Assembly (NCBI GenBank): GCA_036525835.1
Contig: DATCZR010000138.1
Span: 1 to 56,452, forward strand
Length of the DNA: 56,452 bases
From: Cyclobacteriaceae bacterium
GTDB taxonomy: Bacteria; Bacteroidota; Bacteroidia; Cytophagales; Cyclobacteriaceae
Direction: 5' to 3'
The notes under the pieces are model-generated. The model ran no database searches, had not been told where the DNA came from, and was given only the letters and a program-made list of their open reading frames with translations. The first letter of the stretch is position 1; each line of letters begins with the position of its first letter. The translations under genes and the position numbers were made by a program. Shown piece after piece: positions 9,368 to 18,772 of the stretch.

Positions 9368-9766
9368 CTACACCCTCTTATATACTGATACATTTTTGCA
9401 TCCTCCATCTGAGGCATCATCCTGTTGAGTGATTGTCAGAGATGTCTCTGTCACAACGAATGTAACAGTAAATGTAATTGTAGCACTTCCAAATGTCTGA
9501 CTAAGTGTTATTTGATTTCCACTAACTGTGTAATTTATTGCTTCAGTGTCAATGGTTATCGTATTGGCTGTGACAACAATTCTTTCACAAGATGATGTAC
9601 AGGTAGAACTTTCATTGTCAGCCGGATCAATACATCCGCTTGAAACGAAGCTCACCTCTTCCCATGTCCCAATAAGGGAGGCACCTTTACTCTCATCATC
9701 CTTGCACGATGAAAAGGCTCAAGAAATCAAGAAGATCAATCCAAGTATTTTAGTATATTTTTCCAT
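9368..9766 (-). pseudogene. Lipocalin-like lipoprotein interrupted by an in-frame TGA in its signal peptide
   Basis: From ATG 9766: MEKYTKILGLIFLIS*AFSSCKDDESKGASLIGTWEEV..., in frame with the 95 aa ORF 9368..9655. Lipobox FSSC, GTW motif, TGA at 9719-9721. Confidence 0.7.
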
Positions 9767-9896
9767 TAAGGTTGGTTTTATTAGGATAATAAGATAGTTG
9801 TCTGAAATGAATTAATCGTGATAAAAACTAGAAAATGTTACTTCAGTGCTTAGCGTAGGTTAAATTTGAAAATAAAGACAAGCCACAATCAGATAT

Positions 9897-10853
9897 ATGG
9901 ACAAACTTAAAGACAAAATTCTAAATGCGGAAAGGGTCATTCGCCCATACATCCTTGAGACTCCTCTTGAGTTTTCATATCCGCTTTCGAAACTATCTGG
10001 GTGCAACGTCTATCTTAAGTTAGAAAATAATCAAATCACTGGTTCTTTTAAGGCGCGAGGATCGATGAATAAAATGCTGACTCTCAAAAATGACGATAGA
10101 GGTATCGTGACCGCATCAACAGGCAACCACGGACTTGGTGTTGCCAACGCGCTGAATGCATTAAATAAAAAAGGGACCATCTACCTTCCATCAAAAGCAT
10201 CACCGGCCAAAGTGGAGGCTATCAAGCAAAGAGGCGTTCGGATCGAATTTCATGGAGAAAGCGGTGAGGTCACTGAGACATTTGCACGTAAGTTAGCCTG
10301 TGAGACTAATCAAGTTTATGTTTCTCCGTACAATGACGAGGATGTAATTGCAGGTCAGGGAACAATAGGAGTGGAATTGTTTCGTCAACTCCCTGAATTG
10401 GATGCTATTTTTGTTTCCATTGGTGGTGGAGGCCTGATCGCTGGAATAGCTACTTATCTTAAATCTGTAAACCCAGAAATCAAAATTATTGGGTGCCTAC
10501 CAGCCAATGCACCGGTGATGTACAAGTGTGTGAAAGCAGGCAAAGTAATTGATGTGCCTGAAAAGCCAACACTTTCGGATGGCACTGCCGGAGGAATTGA
10601 TCATGATTCAATCACATTCGAAATATGCCAGCAATTGATTGATGACTACGTACTTGTTGCTGAAGAAGAAATATTAAATGCCATGAGGTTAGTGCTCAAG
10701 CATCATCATCAGGTGATTGAAGGATCAGCTGGGGTTGCCTTGGCCTCCATTCTTAAAATCAAAGACCAATTCATAAATAAAAAAGTGGCAGCCATTATTT
10801 GCGGTGGTAATGTCAGTGAAGCAGTTTTGAAAAAAGTGGTTTGTGATGATTGA
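9897..10853 (+). CDS. PLP-dependent threonine/serine dehydratase (no regulatory domain)
   Basis: YLKLENNQITGSFKARG, ASTGNHG, AGQGTIG, GGGGLIAG, CGGN. TAAATTTG promoter element at 9861-9868. Confidence 0.9.
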   Translation: MDKLKDKILNAERVIRPYILETPLEFSYPLSKLSGCNVYLKLENNQITGSFKARGSMNKMLTLKNDDRGIVTASTGNHGLGVANALNALNKKGTIYLPSKASPAKVEAIKQRGVRIEFHGESGEVTETFARKLACETNQVYVSPYNDEDVIAGQGTIGVELFRQLPELDAIFVSIGGGGLIAGIATYLKSVNPEIKIIGCLPANAPVMYKCVKAGKVIDVPEKPTLSDGTAGGIDHDSITFEICQQLIDDYVLVAEEEILNAMRLVLKHHHQVIEGSAGVALASILKIKDQFINKKVAAIICGGNVSEAVLKKVVCDD

Positions 10854-11802
10854 TATTATTTCTTTAACGCAAATTAAAAAATGTCTGGCCACCTGTTTGG
10901 ATTCAGAATTAATCCAAGTCATTGAAGACGGCTTCGTCAGTTATTCTGAAGGAAATGTCATTGTCCCTCCTGTTGGGCACCTACCTTTTACCAATCCACC
11001 GGGGGATTTGCACATTAAATATGGTTACATTAAGGACGATGATTTCTTTGTAGTCAAATTAGCATCGGGGTTTTACGAAAATCCTATTATAGGATTGAGC
11101 TCCAGCAATGGATTGATGCTGGTTTTCAGCCAGAAAACCGGTGAACTACTTTCCATATTACTTGATGAAGGTCACTTAACAGATATTCGAACAGCATTGG
11201 CGGGAGCCGTGGTTGCGAAACATCTTGCACCTAAAAAAATAACAACTGTAGGGATTGTTGGAACGGGCATCCAAGCAAGGCTTCAACTTCAATTTCTAAA
11301 ATCAATCTTGGATTGCAGAGAAGTGATCGTTTGGGGTCGGTCTGATGAAAAACTTAATGATTATATAAAGGACCCGTCTTTATCTTATTTTAACATCACA
11401 GCAACTCTTGACCTTTCTGAGTTGACTCAACGCTGCAATTTTATTGTTACTACTACGCCCGCTACCAGCCCGCTACTTTTTTCTAGCGAAACTCAACCCG
11501 GAACACATATTACAGCAGTGGGCGCAGACACTCCCGGCAAACAAGAGCTTGAAGCTGCTCTATTTGGAAAGGCATCAATAATTGTTGCCGATAGTAAGTC
11601 GCAGTGCATAGATCATGGTGATATATTTCATGCTATTCAAAACAATATAATTACAGAGAATCAGATTATTGAGTTGGGTACCCTAATATCAAAAGGGCCT
11701 TCAAGAAAGAACAATATAGAGATTACAATTGCTGACCTCACAGGGGTTGCCATCCAGGACATCCAGATCGCCAAATACATTTACCAAAAAACAAAAAAGT
11801 AA
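10846..11802 (+). CDS. Ornithine cyclodeaminase / mu-crystallin family protein
   Basis: LTDIRTALAG, GIVGTGIQAR, HITAVGAD, DLTGVAIQD. Overlaps the dehydratase stop. Confidence 0.9.
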   Translation: MIDIISLTQIKKCLATCLDSELIQVIEDGFVSYSEGNVIVPPVGHLPFTNPPGDLHIKYGYIKDDDFFVVKLASGFYENPIIGLSSSNGLMLVFSQKTGELLSILLDEGHLTDIRTALAGAVVAKHLAPKKITTVGIVGTGIQARLQLQFLKSILDCREVIVWGRSDEKLNDYIKDPSLSYFNITATLDLSELTQRCNFIVTTTPATSPLLFSSETQPGTHITAVGADTPGKQELEAALFGKASIIVADSKSQCIDHGDIFHAIQNNIITENQIIELGTLISKGPSRKNNIEITIADLTGVAIQDIQIAKYIYQKTKK

Positions 11803-11855
11803 GAACTCCCTTTCGCGTTTAGTAAAATACTATCTTATCTATTCAAACAAGGTGT

Positions 11856-13802
11856 ATGTTCAAATGGTTTAAGAATTCAGGCCCGGGCGCCCTGGTCGCA
11901 GCCGCCTTTATTGGCCCAGGAACGGTCACCGTTTGCACCATCGCTGGTGTTCGTTTCGGATACGATTTATTGTGGGCCATGGTCATCTCAATAATAGCCA
12001 CAATAGTACTCCAAGAAATGGCCTCCCGGCTGGGAATTGTTACTCAAAAAGGCCTTTCCGATATCATAAGAGAACAGGTTCGTAACCCGTTCATTAAATA
12101 TTTTGTGGTCGCGCTGATTCTATTTGCCATCGTGATTGGAAATGCCATTTATGAGGCCGGGAATATCAGTGGCGGAAGAATAGGCCTCGAAACCATATTC
12201 GATCGCGCTGAAATCGGCAACTATCTTAGTCTTTTGATTGGCGGGATTGCCTTCATCCTTCTTTACATCGGCAATTATAAAGTACTTGAAAAAGTATTAG
12301 TCGCTTTGGTTATTTTAATGAGCATCGCATTTCTGGTCACCTCCATGATTACCCAACCAGATATCATGGCCATTATCAAAGGAGTATTCGTTCCTAAAGT
12401 AAATGAAGACAATTTATTAACAATTGTCGGCCTGATTGGTACCACTGTAGTGCCCTACAATCTTTTTCTTCATGCCTCGCTGGTGAAAGAAAAGTGGAAA
12501 TCTCACAGCGATTTGCCCTATGCCAAAAAAGATACGATTGTCTCAGTCGCTTTCGGAGGATTGGTCTCTATAGCCATCATCATTGCTGGCGCATCTGCCA
12601 ATATTAGCACGGTAAGCAACGCAGCAGATCTGGCCAGGGGGCTGGAACCACTTTTCGGAAGTTTTGCCAAATATTTCTTGAGCATCGGATTATTCTCAGC
12701 GGGAATCACCTCCGCCATTACTGCGCCATTGGCAGCAGCTTACGTAGCCAACGGATGTTTGGGATGGAATGGGAATCTAAAGAGTGGAAAATTCAGAATG
12801 GTATGGATATTCGTGCTGTCCTTGGGTGTACTGTTTTCCTCATTAGGTATCAATCCTATTCAGATCATTCAATTTGCCCAAATCGCAAATGGAGCTGCTT
12901 TACCCATTATTGTAGGCATTCTGCTATGGATCATGAATAAAGAGACTGTTTTAGGAAAATTCCGTAACACTAAGTTTCAAAATACTATTGGGATAGTCAT
13001 CTTTATTATCTCAATTGTATTGGGCTTAAAAAGTATAATTCAAGTGGTCAAGACCAAATCAGACAAAGGTTTATCCATCGATATCAATTGTGACTTGGGA
13101 GAAGGTGCAGGCAATGATGCCCTTATCATGCCTTATATCAGTTCCTGCAACATTGCGTGTGGCGGCCACGCGGGTGATGAGACCACCATGAAAGAAACCA
13201 TTCGATTGGCGTTGAAAAACAATGTAAAAATTGGAGCGCACCCATCCTTCCCTGATCGCAAAAACTTTGGGCGCGTGAAAATGAATATGTCTAACAATGA
13301 ACTTACCACGATAATTATAGAACAAATTGTACGGCTGAAAACGCTGGTGGAAGAAGCTGGTGGAAGATTAAATCATGTAAAACCTCATGGTGCGCTGTAT
13401 AACATGGCTGCCGTAAATGACAGTACGGCAGAAGCAATCCTGGATGCCATGGAAGGATTTGATGAACACTATATTCTATACGTCCCCAATCATTCCATTA
13501 TTGCTTCACAAGCCGTGGAAAGAAATATCCCTATCAAGTATGAAGTTTTTGCCGATCGAAACTATAACGATAACCTGACCCTGGTTTCAAGAAAATTAAA
13601 CGATGCCGTTTTGTTAGACCCGGATCAAATCTGGGATCACGTGATAAGAATGATTGAGGAGAAGAAAGTAAAAACCATAAACGGGAAGATGGCGTCTATT
13701 GAGCCGGGTACATTATGTGTACATGGAGACAATCCACATGCTGTTGAAATTGTTTCAATGCTGAATCAAAAACTTATAGACGCGAAAATTAGAATCGAAT
13801 AG
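11856..13802 (+). CDS. pxpA: Nramp/YcsG-like transporter fused to 5-oxoprolinase subunit A (LamB/YcsF)
   Basis: aa 1-400 are multi-TM with GPGALVAAAFIGPG, LQEMASRLG, GTTVVPYNLFLH. From aa 408: IDINCDLGEG, IACGGHAG, GAHPSFPDR, HVKPHGALYN, FADR, CVHGD. Confidence 0.88.
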   Translation: MFKWFKNSGPGALVAAAFIGPGTVTVCTIAGVRFGYDLLWAMVISIIATIVLQEMASRLGIVTQKGLSDIIREQVRNPFIKYFVVALILFAIVIGNAIYEAGNISGGRIGLETIFDRAEIGNYLSLLIGGIAFILLYIGNYKVLEKVLVALVILMSIAFLVTSMITQPDIMAIIKGVFVPKVNEDNLLTIVGLIGTTVVPYNLFLHASLVKEKWKSHSDLPYAKKDTIVSVAFGGLVSIAIIIAGASANISTVSNAADLARGLEPLFGSFAKYFLSIGLFSAGITSAITAPLAAAYVANGCLGWNGNLKSGKFRMVWIFVLSLGVLFSSLGINPIQIIQFAQIANGAALPIIVGILLWIMNKETVLGKFRNTKFQNTIGIVIFIISIVLGLKSIIQVVKTKSDKGLSIDINCDLGEGAGNDALIMPYISSCNIACGGHAGDETTMKETIRLALKNNVKIGAHPSFPDRKNFGRVKMNMSNNELTTIIIEQIVRLKTLVEEAGGRLNHVKPHGALYNMAAVNDSTAEAILDAMEGFDEHYILYVPNHSIIASQAVERNIPIKYEVFADRNYNDNLTLVSRKLNDAVLLDPDQIWDHVIRMIEEKKVKTINGKMASIEPGTLCVHGDNPHAVEIVSMLNQKLIDAKIRIE

Positions 13803-13803
13803 C

Positions 13804-14532
13804 TTGAATCATTTTACCCTCAATTACAAACCACTTGGGGCCTATGCCCTTCTCATTGAGTGGCCCAACAAAATTGATCCATCTATTCTTGATGAAATTA
13901 TTTCTCTTCAGGCATCAATTGAGTCCGAACTTGGAGATGTCATAACTGAGACTGTCAACGCCTATAACTCCCTGACCATAATTTTTAAAGAAGAGGCCAT
14001 TTCTATTATGGTCTTAAAGGAAAGAGTATCACAAATTCATAGTTTGGGAATAACTCAAAAGCAAACAAAGAAAAAGACATGGAAGATACCTGTTTGTTAC
14101 GATGAGGGGTTTGGAATTGACCTGAAAGAAATTGCAAATGAAAAAAAGTGTTCAGTTAAAGATATCATTGACATGCACACGGGGCCCAGGTACCTGGTTT
14201 ACTTCACAGGATTTCTCCCTGGATTTCTTTATCTGGGTGGATTACCAACCACACTGGTAATCCCGCGCAAATCATCGCCAAGGCTACAGATCATAAAAGG
14301 GGCCGTCGCCATTGGGGGTCAACAAACTGGTATCTATCCCGCCGAAAGTCCCGGAGGTTGGAACATCATTGGCAATAGCCCTTTAGAATTTTTTAATCCA
14401 GCACAGGATCCACCTTGCTTTTCAAAAGCCGGAGATTACCTCAAATTCTATGCGATAGATAGCATGGCTCATCAAAAGATAAAGGAGGAGGTTGAAGCAG
14501 GTAAGTTTGAGATTGAATCTGAAAGTGAATGA
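13804..14532 (+). CDS. pxpB: 5-oxoprolinase subunit B (KipI family)
   Basis: TTG start, IPVCYD, GFLPGFLYLGGL, SPGGWNIIG. Confidence 0.92.
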   Translation: MNHFTLNYKPLGAYALLIEWPNKIDPSILDEIISLQASIESELGDVITETVNAYNSLTIIFKEEAISIMVLKERVSQIHSLGITQKQTKKKTWKIPVCYDEGFGIDLKEIANEKKCSVKDIIDMHTGPRYLVYFTGFLPGFLYLGGLPTTLVIPRKSSPRLQIIKGAVAIGGQQTGIYPAESPGGWNIIGNSPLEFFNPAQDPPCFSKAGDYLKFYAIDSMAHQKIKEEVEAGKFEIESESE

Positions 14533-15386
14533 AAGGATACGTAGAGGTATTATCGCCAGGTCTTTACTCGAGCATTCAGGATAGCGGCAGGATAGGCTAT
14601 CGTAAATATGGTGTTCCTCCATCTGGAACCATGGACAAAAAAAGCGCTAAACTTGCCAATCATTTGGTAAACAATTCACCTGAGGCTGCTGTAATGGAAA
14701 TCACTTTGCATGGCCCGAAACTTTTGTTTTCAGTGTCAACACAAATCTGCATAACAGGCGCAGACATTTCACCCAGGTTGAATGACGAATCCATTTCTAG
14801 CAATAAGATAATTAATATCGCTGCAGATGACACACTTTCCTTTGGTTTGCTCCATTTTGGCGCAAGATGTTACCTGGCTGTGAAAGGGGGATTTCAAACT
14901 GAAAAAATAATGGGTAGTCATTCCTATTTCAGTCCAGTTTCTGCACATTCGACCATTAGAAAAGGTGATCGACTTCCAATCAAGGCCTACCAGTCAATTG
15001 AGAAATACTACTCCACAGTTAGACTTGATAATTTACTTTTTACTTCTTCCAAAATCAGATGCAGCTTAGGTCCCGAATTTGATGTGTTAAACGATCAGGA
15101 CAAGAAGTCCATATTCAAATCTAGTTTTACAATAACAAAAGATAACAATAGAATGGGCTATCGGCTGGAAGGCACTCCGCTCACCTACCCAACTGATTAT
15201 AATATGCTAACTTCATCCGTACTACCGGGCACTGTTCAGCTTACCCCATCAGGGCAACTCATTGTGTTAATGCAAGATTGTCAAACCACAGGCGGTTATC
15301 CTCGAATTCTTCAGCTTAAGCAAGCAGGCATTAATATCCTTGCACAAAAAAAGTCATCCAACATCATCACTTTTGAAAGCGACTAA
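14529..15386 (+). CDS. pxpC: 5-oxoprolinase subunit C (KipA family)
   Basis: IQDSGRIG, GARCYLAVKGG, NRMGYRL, DCQTTGGYP. ATGA overlap with pxpB. Confidence 0.92.
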   Translation: MKGYVEVLSPGLYSSIQDSGRIGYRKYGVPPSGTMDKKSAKLANHLVNNSPEAAVMEITLHGPKLLFSVSTQICITGADISPRLNDESISSNKIINIAADDTLSFGLLHFGARCYLAVKGGFQTEKIMGSHSYFSPVSAHSTIRKGDRLPIKAYQSIEKYYSTVRLDNLLFTSSKIRCSLGPEFDVLNDQDKKSIFKSSFTITKDNNRMGYRLEGTPLTYPTDYNMLTSSVLPGTVQLTPSGQLIVLMQDCQTTGGYPRILQLKQAGINILAQKKSSNIITFESD

Positions 15387-15475
15387 TGCACTAAACTAAA
15401 TTTATCCCGCTGATGGAGTTTCAACCCGGCAGTCCAAAATCCAATACCTATCTTGGATAGAAATAATCGTAGGAT

Positions 15476-17731
15476 ATGAGTTCCATCATTAGCCGACTTA
15501 ATAAGTTAATTAGTATTCCTGAAAGTGAAGAAACACCTTTCACCGTTTTTTGGAAAGGCGCCTTTTATGGGCTTGCTTTTCTGAGTCTATTGGTAATGAC
15601 TATGTCGGGTGCCTTTTTTCAGGTAGGCATACCTTCCTGGCTTACAGCGCTAATTACGCTGACTATTGGAATAATTGCATTCTGGCTTTTCCGAATTGCA
15701 GGAACTATCATTCACACATGGATTTGCAAAATCTCATCTTTTGTTTTTGCAATATTCTTTGGCGCCACAGCCACCGTCATATTGGCTCGCTACATTCGCT
15801 TTGGCCTGCCTACAGAAGTTTTTTATTATGGTTTTGCAGCAACCATCGTGGCCTGCGCACTTCTTTTTGGATCAGGTTGGCTCCTCATAAAGAATGTTAC
15901 AAAAAATAAAATCATTCCCGCCACAGCATTCATCGTAGGTCTTTCAGTAATCGTATTTGAAATTTATTTCCTTGCTAATGAGGGGTCTGACACCAATCCA
16001 GTCTTATTTGAACAAACGCCCACAAAACTCCTTTCCGCTCAAGGTATTTCAAATCCAGGAGAGAAAGGACCATACGACTACGAGTTCTTCACCTACGGAA
16101 GTGGCACTGACAGGCAACGGCCTGAATTTGCCAAAGAAGTCAGATATCCAAGTCATACGGTAGATGCTTCTCTACTGATTCCAGAATGGAAAGATTCAAA
16201 GGCCAAATGGAGGGAAAGATATTGGGGATTTGGGAGCAAAGAATTTCCACTGAATGGTCGTGTGTGGATGCCAAAAGGAGATGGCAAGTTTCCGATAATT
16301 TTAATTGTTCATGGCAACCATGGCATGGAAGACTATTCTGATCTAGGCTACGCCTATCTGGGCGAGTTGCTTGCGAGTCGTGGCTTTATCACTGTTTCAA
16401 TAGATGAAAATTTCGTCAATGGCACCTGGTCAGGTGACTTTAGAGGAAAAGAAATGCCCGTACGAGGATGGTTGCTGCTAAAGCATCTGGAACAATGGAA
16501 AATCTGGAATAACGATAAGGCGCATGAATTATATCAAAAAGCAGATCTGGACAATATCATACTTACAGGACATTCGCGAGGAGGTGAAGCTGCTCCAATT
16601 GCTGCCCATTTCAACAATCTGAAATTTTTTCCTGATAATGCAAATGTAAAATTCAATTTCAACTATGGAATCAAAGGAGTTATCGCTATTGCCCCAACGG
16701 ATAAGCGTTATGACCGCAGAATAAACCTTGAAAACATCAACTACCTCACGCTTCAAGGGTCTTATGACAGTGATGAGGCGAGTTTCTTCGGCCAAAGACA
16801 ATATCAACGCATTTTATTTTCTGACAGCTCATTTTATTTCAAGACTGGATTATATATACATGGCGCCAATCACGGTCAATTCAACAGTAGTTGGGGCAAA
16901 TATGATGGAGGCGCTCCATTTAAATGGCTCCTCAATACTGCTCCACAAATATCCATGGAGGAACAACAGCAGATTGCCAAAGTTTACATTGCCGCATTTG
17001 TTGAGGCTGTTTTTCATAACAACAATAATTACAATTCCTTATTTAAAAACGCTCAATCAATTGCCGATTGGCTGCCCAATAAAATTCTTATCAATACTTA
17101 TAAAGATTCCAATTCTAAAACACTTATTAATTATGAAGAAGATATTGATATAACAACCGGAAACATCAAAGGCAGCACTACCATAGGGACTGACCTGAAG
17201 ATTTGGAGAGAAACAGAACTTAGGTTTCGAGATAAAGACACCCAAGGCAATAACGCAGCAGTAATTGGATGGAAAAAGGATTCAACCAAATCAAAACCAA
17301 CCTACAGCATAAAGTTTGAGTCGAATATAAAAATTGACTCTACGCTTGCCTTATTGATTTCAATGGCCGAGGGCAATGAGGGAGAACTAAAAACAAAAAA
17401 AGAAGAAAAGTCTAAGATGGAAAAAAGCGACACGCTTGCGCTCAATTTCAGTATTCAACTCTTAGACAGCGCTGGAAATAAAGCTTCACTCGATATCATT
17501 GATATAAAAAGGTTGACACCCAGACTCAAAATCCAATATGTAAAATTAAAAGGACTCAATCAGGAAGACTATGGTGATGAATGGGAGCCAACTCCGGAAT
17601 TTTTTGAGATTCCAATTCAATCATTCAAATCTGCCAGCGAGCATCTACTCAATATAAAGGAGATAAGGTTCAGCTTTGACAAGACCAAGCAAGGTTTACT
17701 TATTCTTGATGAAATTGGACTCAATCACTGA
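15476..17731 (+). CDS. Membrane-anchored alpha/beta hydrolase
   Basis: About 5 N-terminal TM segments, IVHGNH, nucleophile elbow GHSRGG, GANHGQFN. Confidence 0.8.
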   Translation: MSSIISRLNKLISIPESEETPFTVFWKGAFYGLAFLSLLVMTMSGAFFQVGIPSWLTALITLTIGIIAFWLFRIAGTIIHTWICKISSFVFAIFFGATATVILARYIRFGLPTEVFYYGFAATIVACALLFGSGWLLIKNVTKNKIIPATAFIVGLSVIVFEIYFLANEGSDTNPVLFEQTPTKLLSAQGISNPGEKGPYDYEFFTYGSGTDRQRPEFAKEVRYPSHTVDASLLIPEWKDSKAKWRERYWGFGSKEFPLNGRVWMPKGDGKFPIILIVHGNHGMEDYSDLGYAYLGELLASRGFITVSIDENFVNGTWSGDFRGKEMPVRGWLLLKHLEQWKIWNNDKAHELYQKADLDNIILTGHSRGGEAAPIAAHFNNLKFFPDNANVKFNFNYGIKGVIAIAPTDKRYDRRINLENINYLTLQGSYDSDEASFFGQRQYQRILFSDSSFYFKTGLYIHGANHGQFNSSWGKYDGGAPFKWLLNTAPQISMEEQQQIAKVYIAAFVEAVFHNNNNYNSLFKNAQSIADWLPNKILINTYKDSNSKTLINYEEDIDITTGNIKGSTTIGTDLKIWRETELRFRDKDTQGNNAAVIGWKKDSTKSKPTYSIKFESNIKIDSTLALLISMAEGNEGELKTKKEEKSKMEKSDTLALNFSIQLLDSAGNKASLDIIDIKRLTPRLKIQYVKLKGLNQEDYGDEWEPTPEFFEIPIQSFKSASEHLLNIKEIRFSFDKTKQGLLILDEIGLNH

Positions 17732-17815
17732 TTTTCCTGTTTTAAAATCTTTTCTCGTCCACATTAAACCCTCTTTAGCGAACTAGGTCTAAGAGCCAAA
17801 CTAAACTTAGTAAAG

Positions 17816-18697
17816 ATGAAGACAATGAATTTGATGGTGAAGGAAAAGAATGCGGCAGTATGGAAAATGCTAGCCATAACCGTGGCTCTGGTTGCGCTAA
17901 TTCTAACTTCTTGTAATGAAGAAAAAATAGGAATAGATACCACGCTGGAGGACCAGGAAAGTGTACTTCTAGACAATGATGATGACTTCATTTTGGAAGA
18001 CTCCGATGATTTTGCATCGTCTGTATTAGAAAGCGAAACGAGTTCAAGCGAAGGGAAAGTTGCAGAAGAGGCCGACACGAGGTTGGCATGTGCAGAAATT
18101 ACAAGGACCGGAACGGAAGAATCAGGCACAATAGTGATCGATTTTGGTGAGGGATGTGCCGGTCCCAGAGGCAATGTGCGCAAAGGAAAAATTGTAATTG
18201 AATACTCAGGTAGAAGAAATGAACCAGGCTCATTTTGGAGCATGGAGTACGTAGACTACTCAATCAATGATATATCCATTGAAGGATTGCGCACCGTAAA
18301 CAATATCTCGGAACCAGGCTCTGGTGTGTTAGTATTCAAAGTAGATATGGAAAATGGTGTAATTACATGGCCCAATGGAAATGTGGCCAGACGAAGGGTA
18401 CACCATGTACGAGAACGTCATAGAAATGACAGCAATATATTGGATCGATTGATTGTGTACGGAACTGCGGAAGGAAATCATCGCAATGGACGTGGGTACC
18501 ACATCGCAATATTGGAGCCATTGGTTTATACACGAGAGTGCAGAGAGCAAGGAATATATATGCCTGTAGCAGGAATTAAACTAATCAAGCATGGCAACCG
18601 CGAGATTACCGTTGACTATGGCGATGGCAAGTGTGACAAGGTAGTTGTGATTACCAATAAGAATGGAAAGAGCTGGAGACATGAGGTTGGTAACTAA
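17816..18697 (+). CDS. Hypothetical beta-rich lipoprotein
   Basis: Lipobox LTSC, acidic linker, IDFGEGC..RKGKI and VDYGDGKCD motifs. Confidence 0.8.
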   Translation: MKTMNLMVKEKNAAVWKMLAITVALVALILTSCNEEKIGIDTTLEDQESVLLDNDDDFILEDSDDFASSVLESETSSSEGKVAEEADTRLACAEITRTGTEESGTIVIDFGEGCAGPRGNVRKGKIVIEYSGRRNEPGSFWSMEYVDYSINDISIEGLRTVNNISEPGSGVLVFKVDMENGVITWPNGNVARRRVHHVRERHRNDSNILDRLIVYGTAEGNHRNGRGYHIAILEPLVYTRECREQGIYMPVAGIKLIKHGNREITVDYGDGKCDKVVVITNKNGKSWRHEVGN

Positions 18698-18715
18698 GTT
18701 GGCTCAATCCATTTC

Positions 18716-18745
18716 AAAACCGCCCGCGATACTGGGCGGTTTTTT
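18716..18745 (+). terminator. Intrinsic terminator
   Basis: AAAACCGCCC-loop-GGGCGGTTTTTT. Confidence 0.85.
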
Positions 18746-18772
18746 ATGCTTTTTATATTCTAAATTCGTATA

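Noticed and set aside
9690-9721. Selenocysteine or genome-wide TGA recoding
   Set aside because: The TGA is in the cleaved hydrophobic signal region, not at a catalytic Cys position. TGA ends other genes here, and no sel genes are in the window.
6040-11802. Ectoine catabolism cluster (M24 hydrolase, deacetylase, EutB-like, EutC-like)
   Set aside because: The M24 protein has a signal peptide and looks like an ordinary aminopeptidase P. The deacetylase is HDAC-fold rather than the EutE/AstE family. A terminator and an opposite-strand gene split the set.
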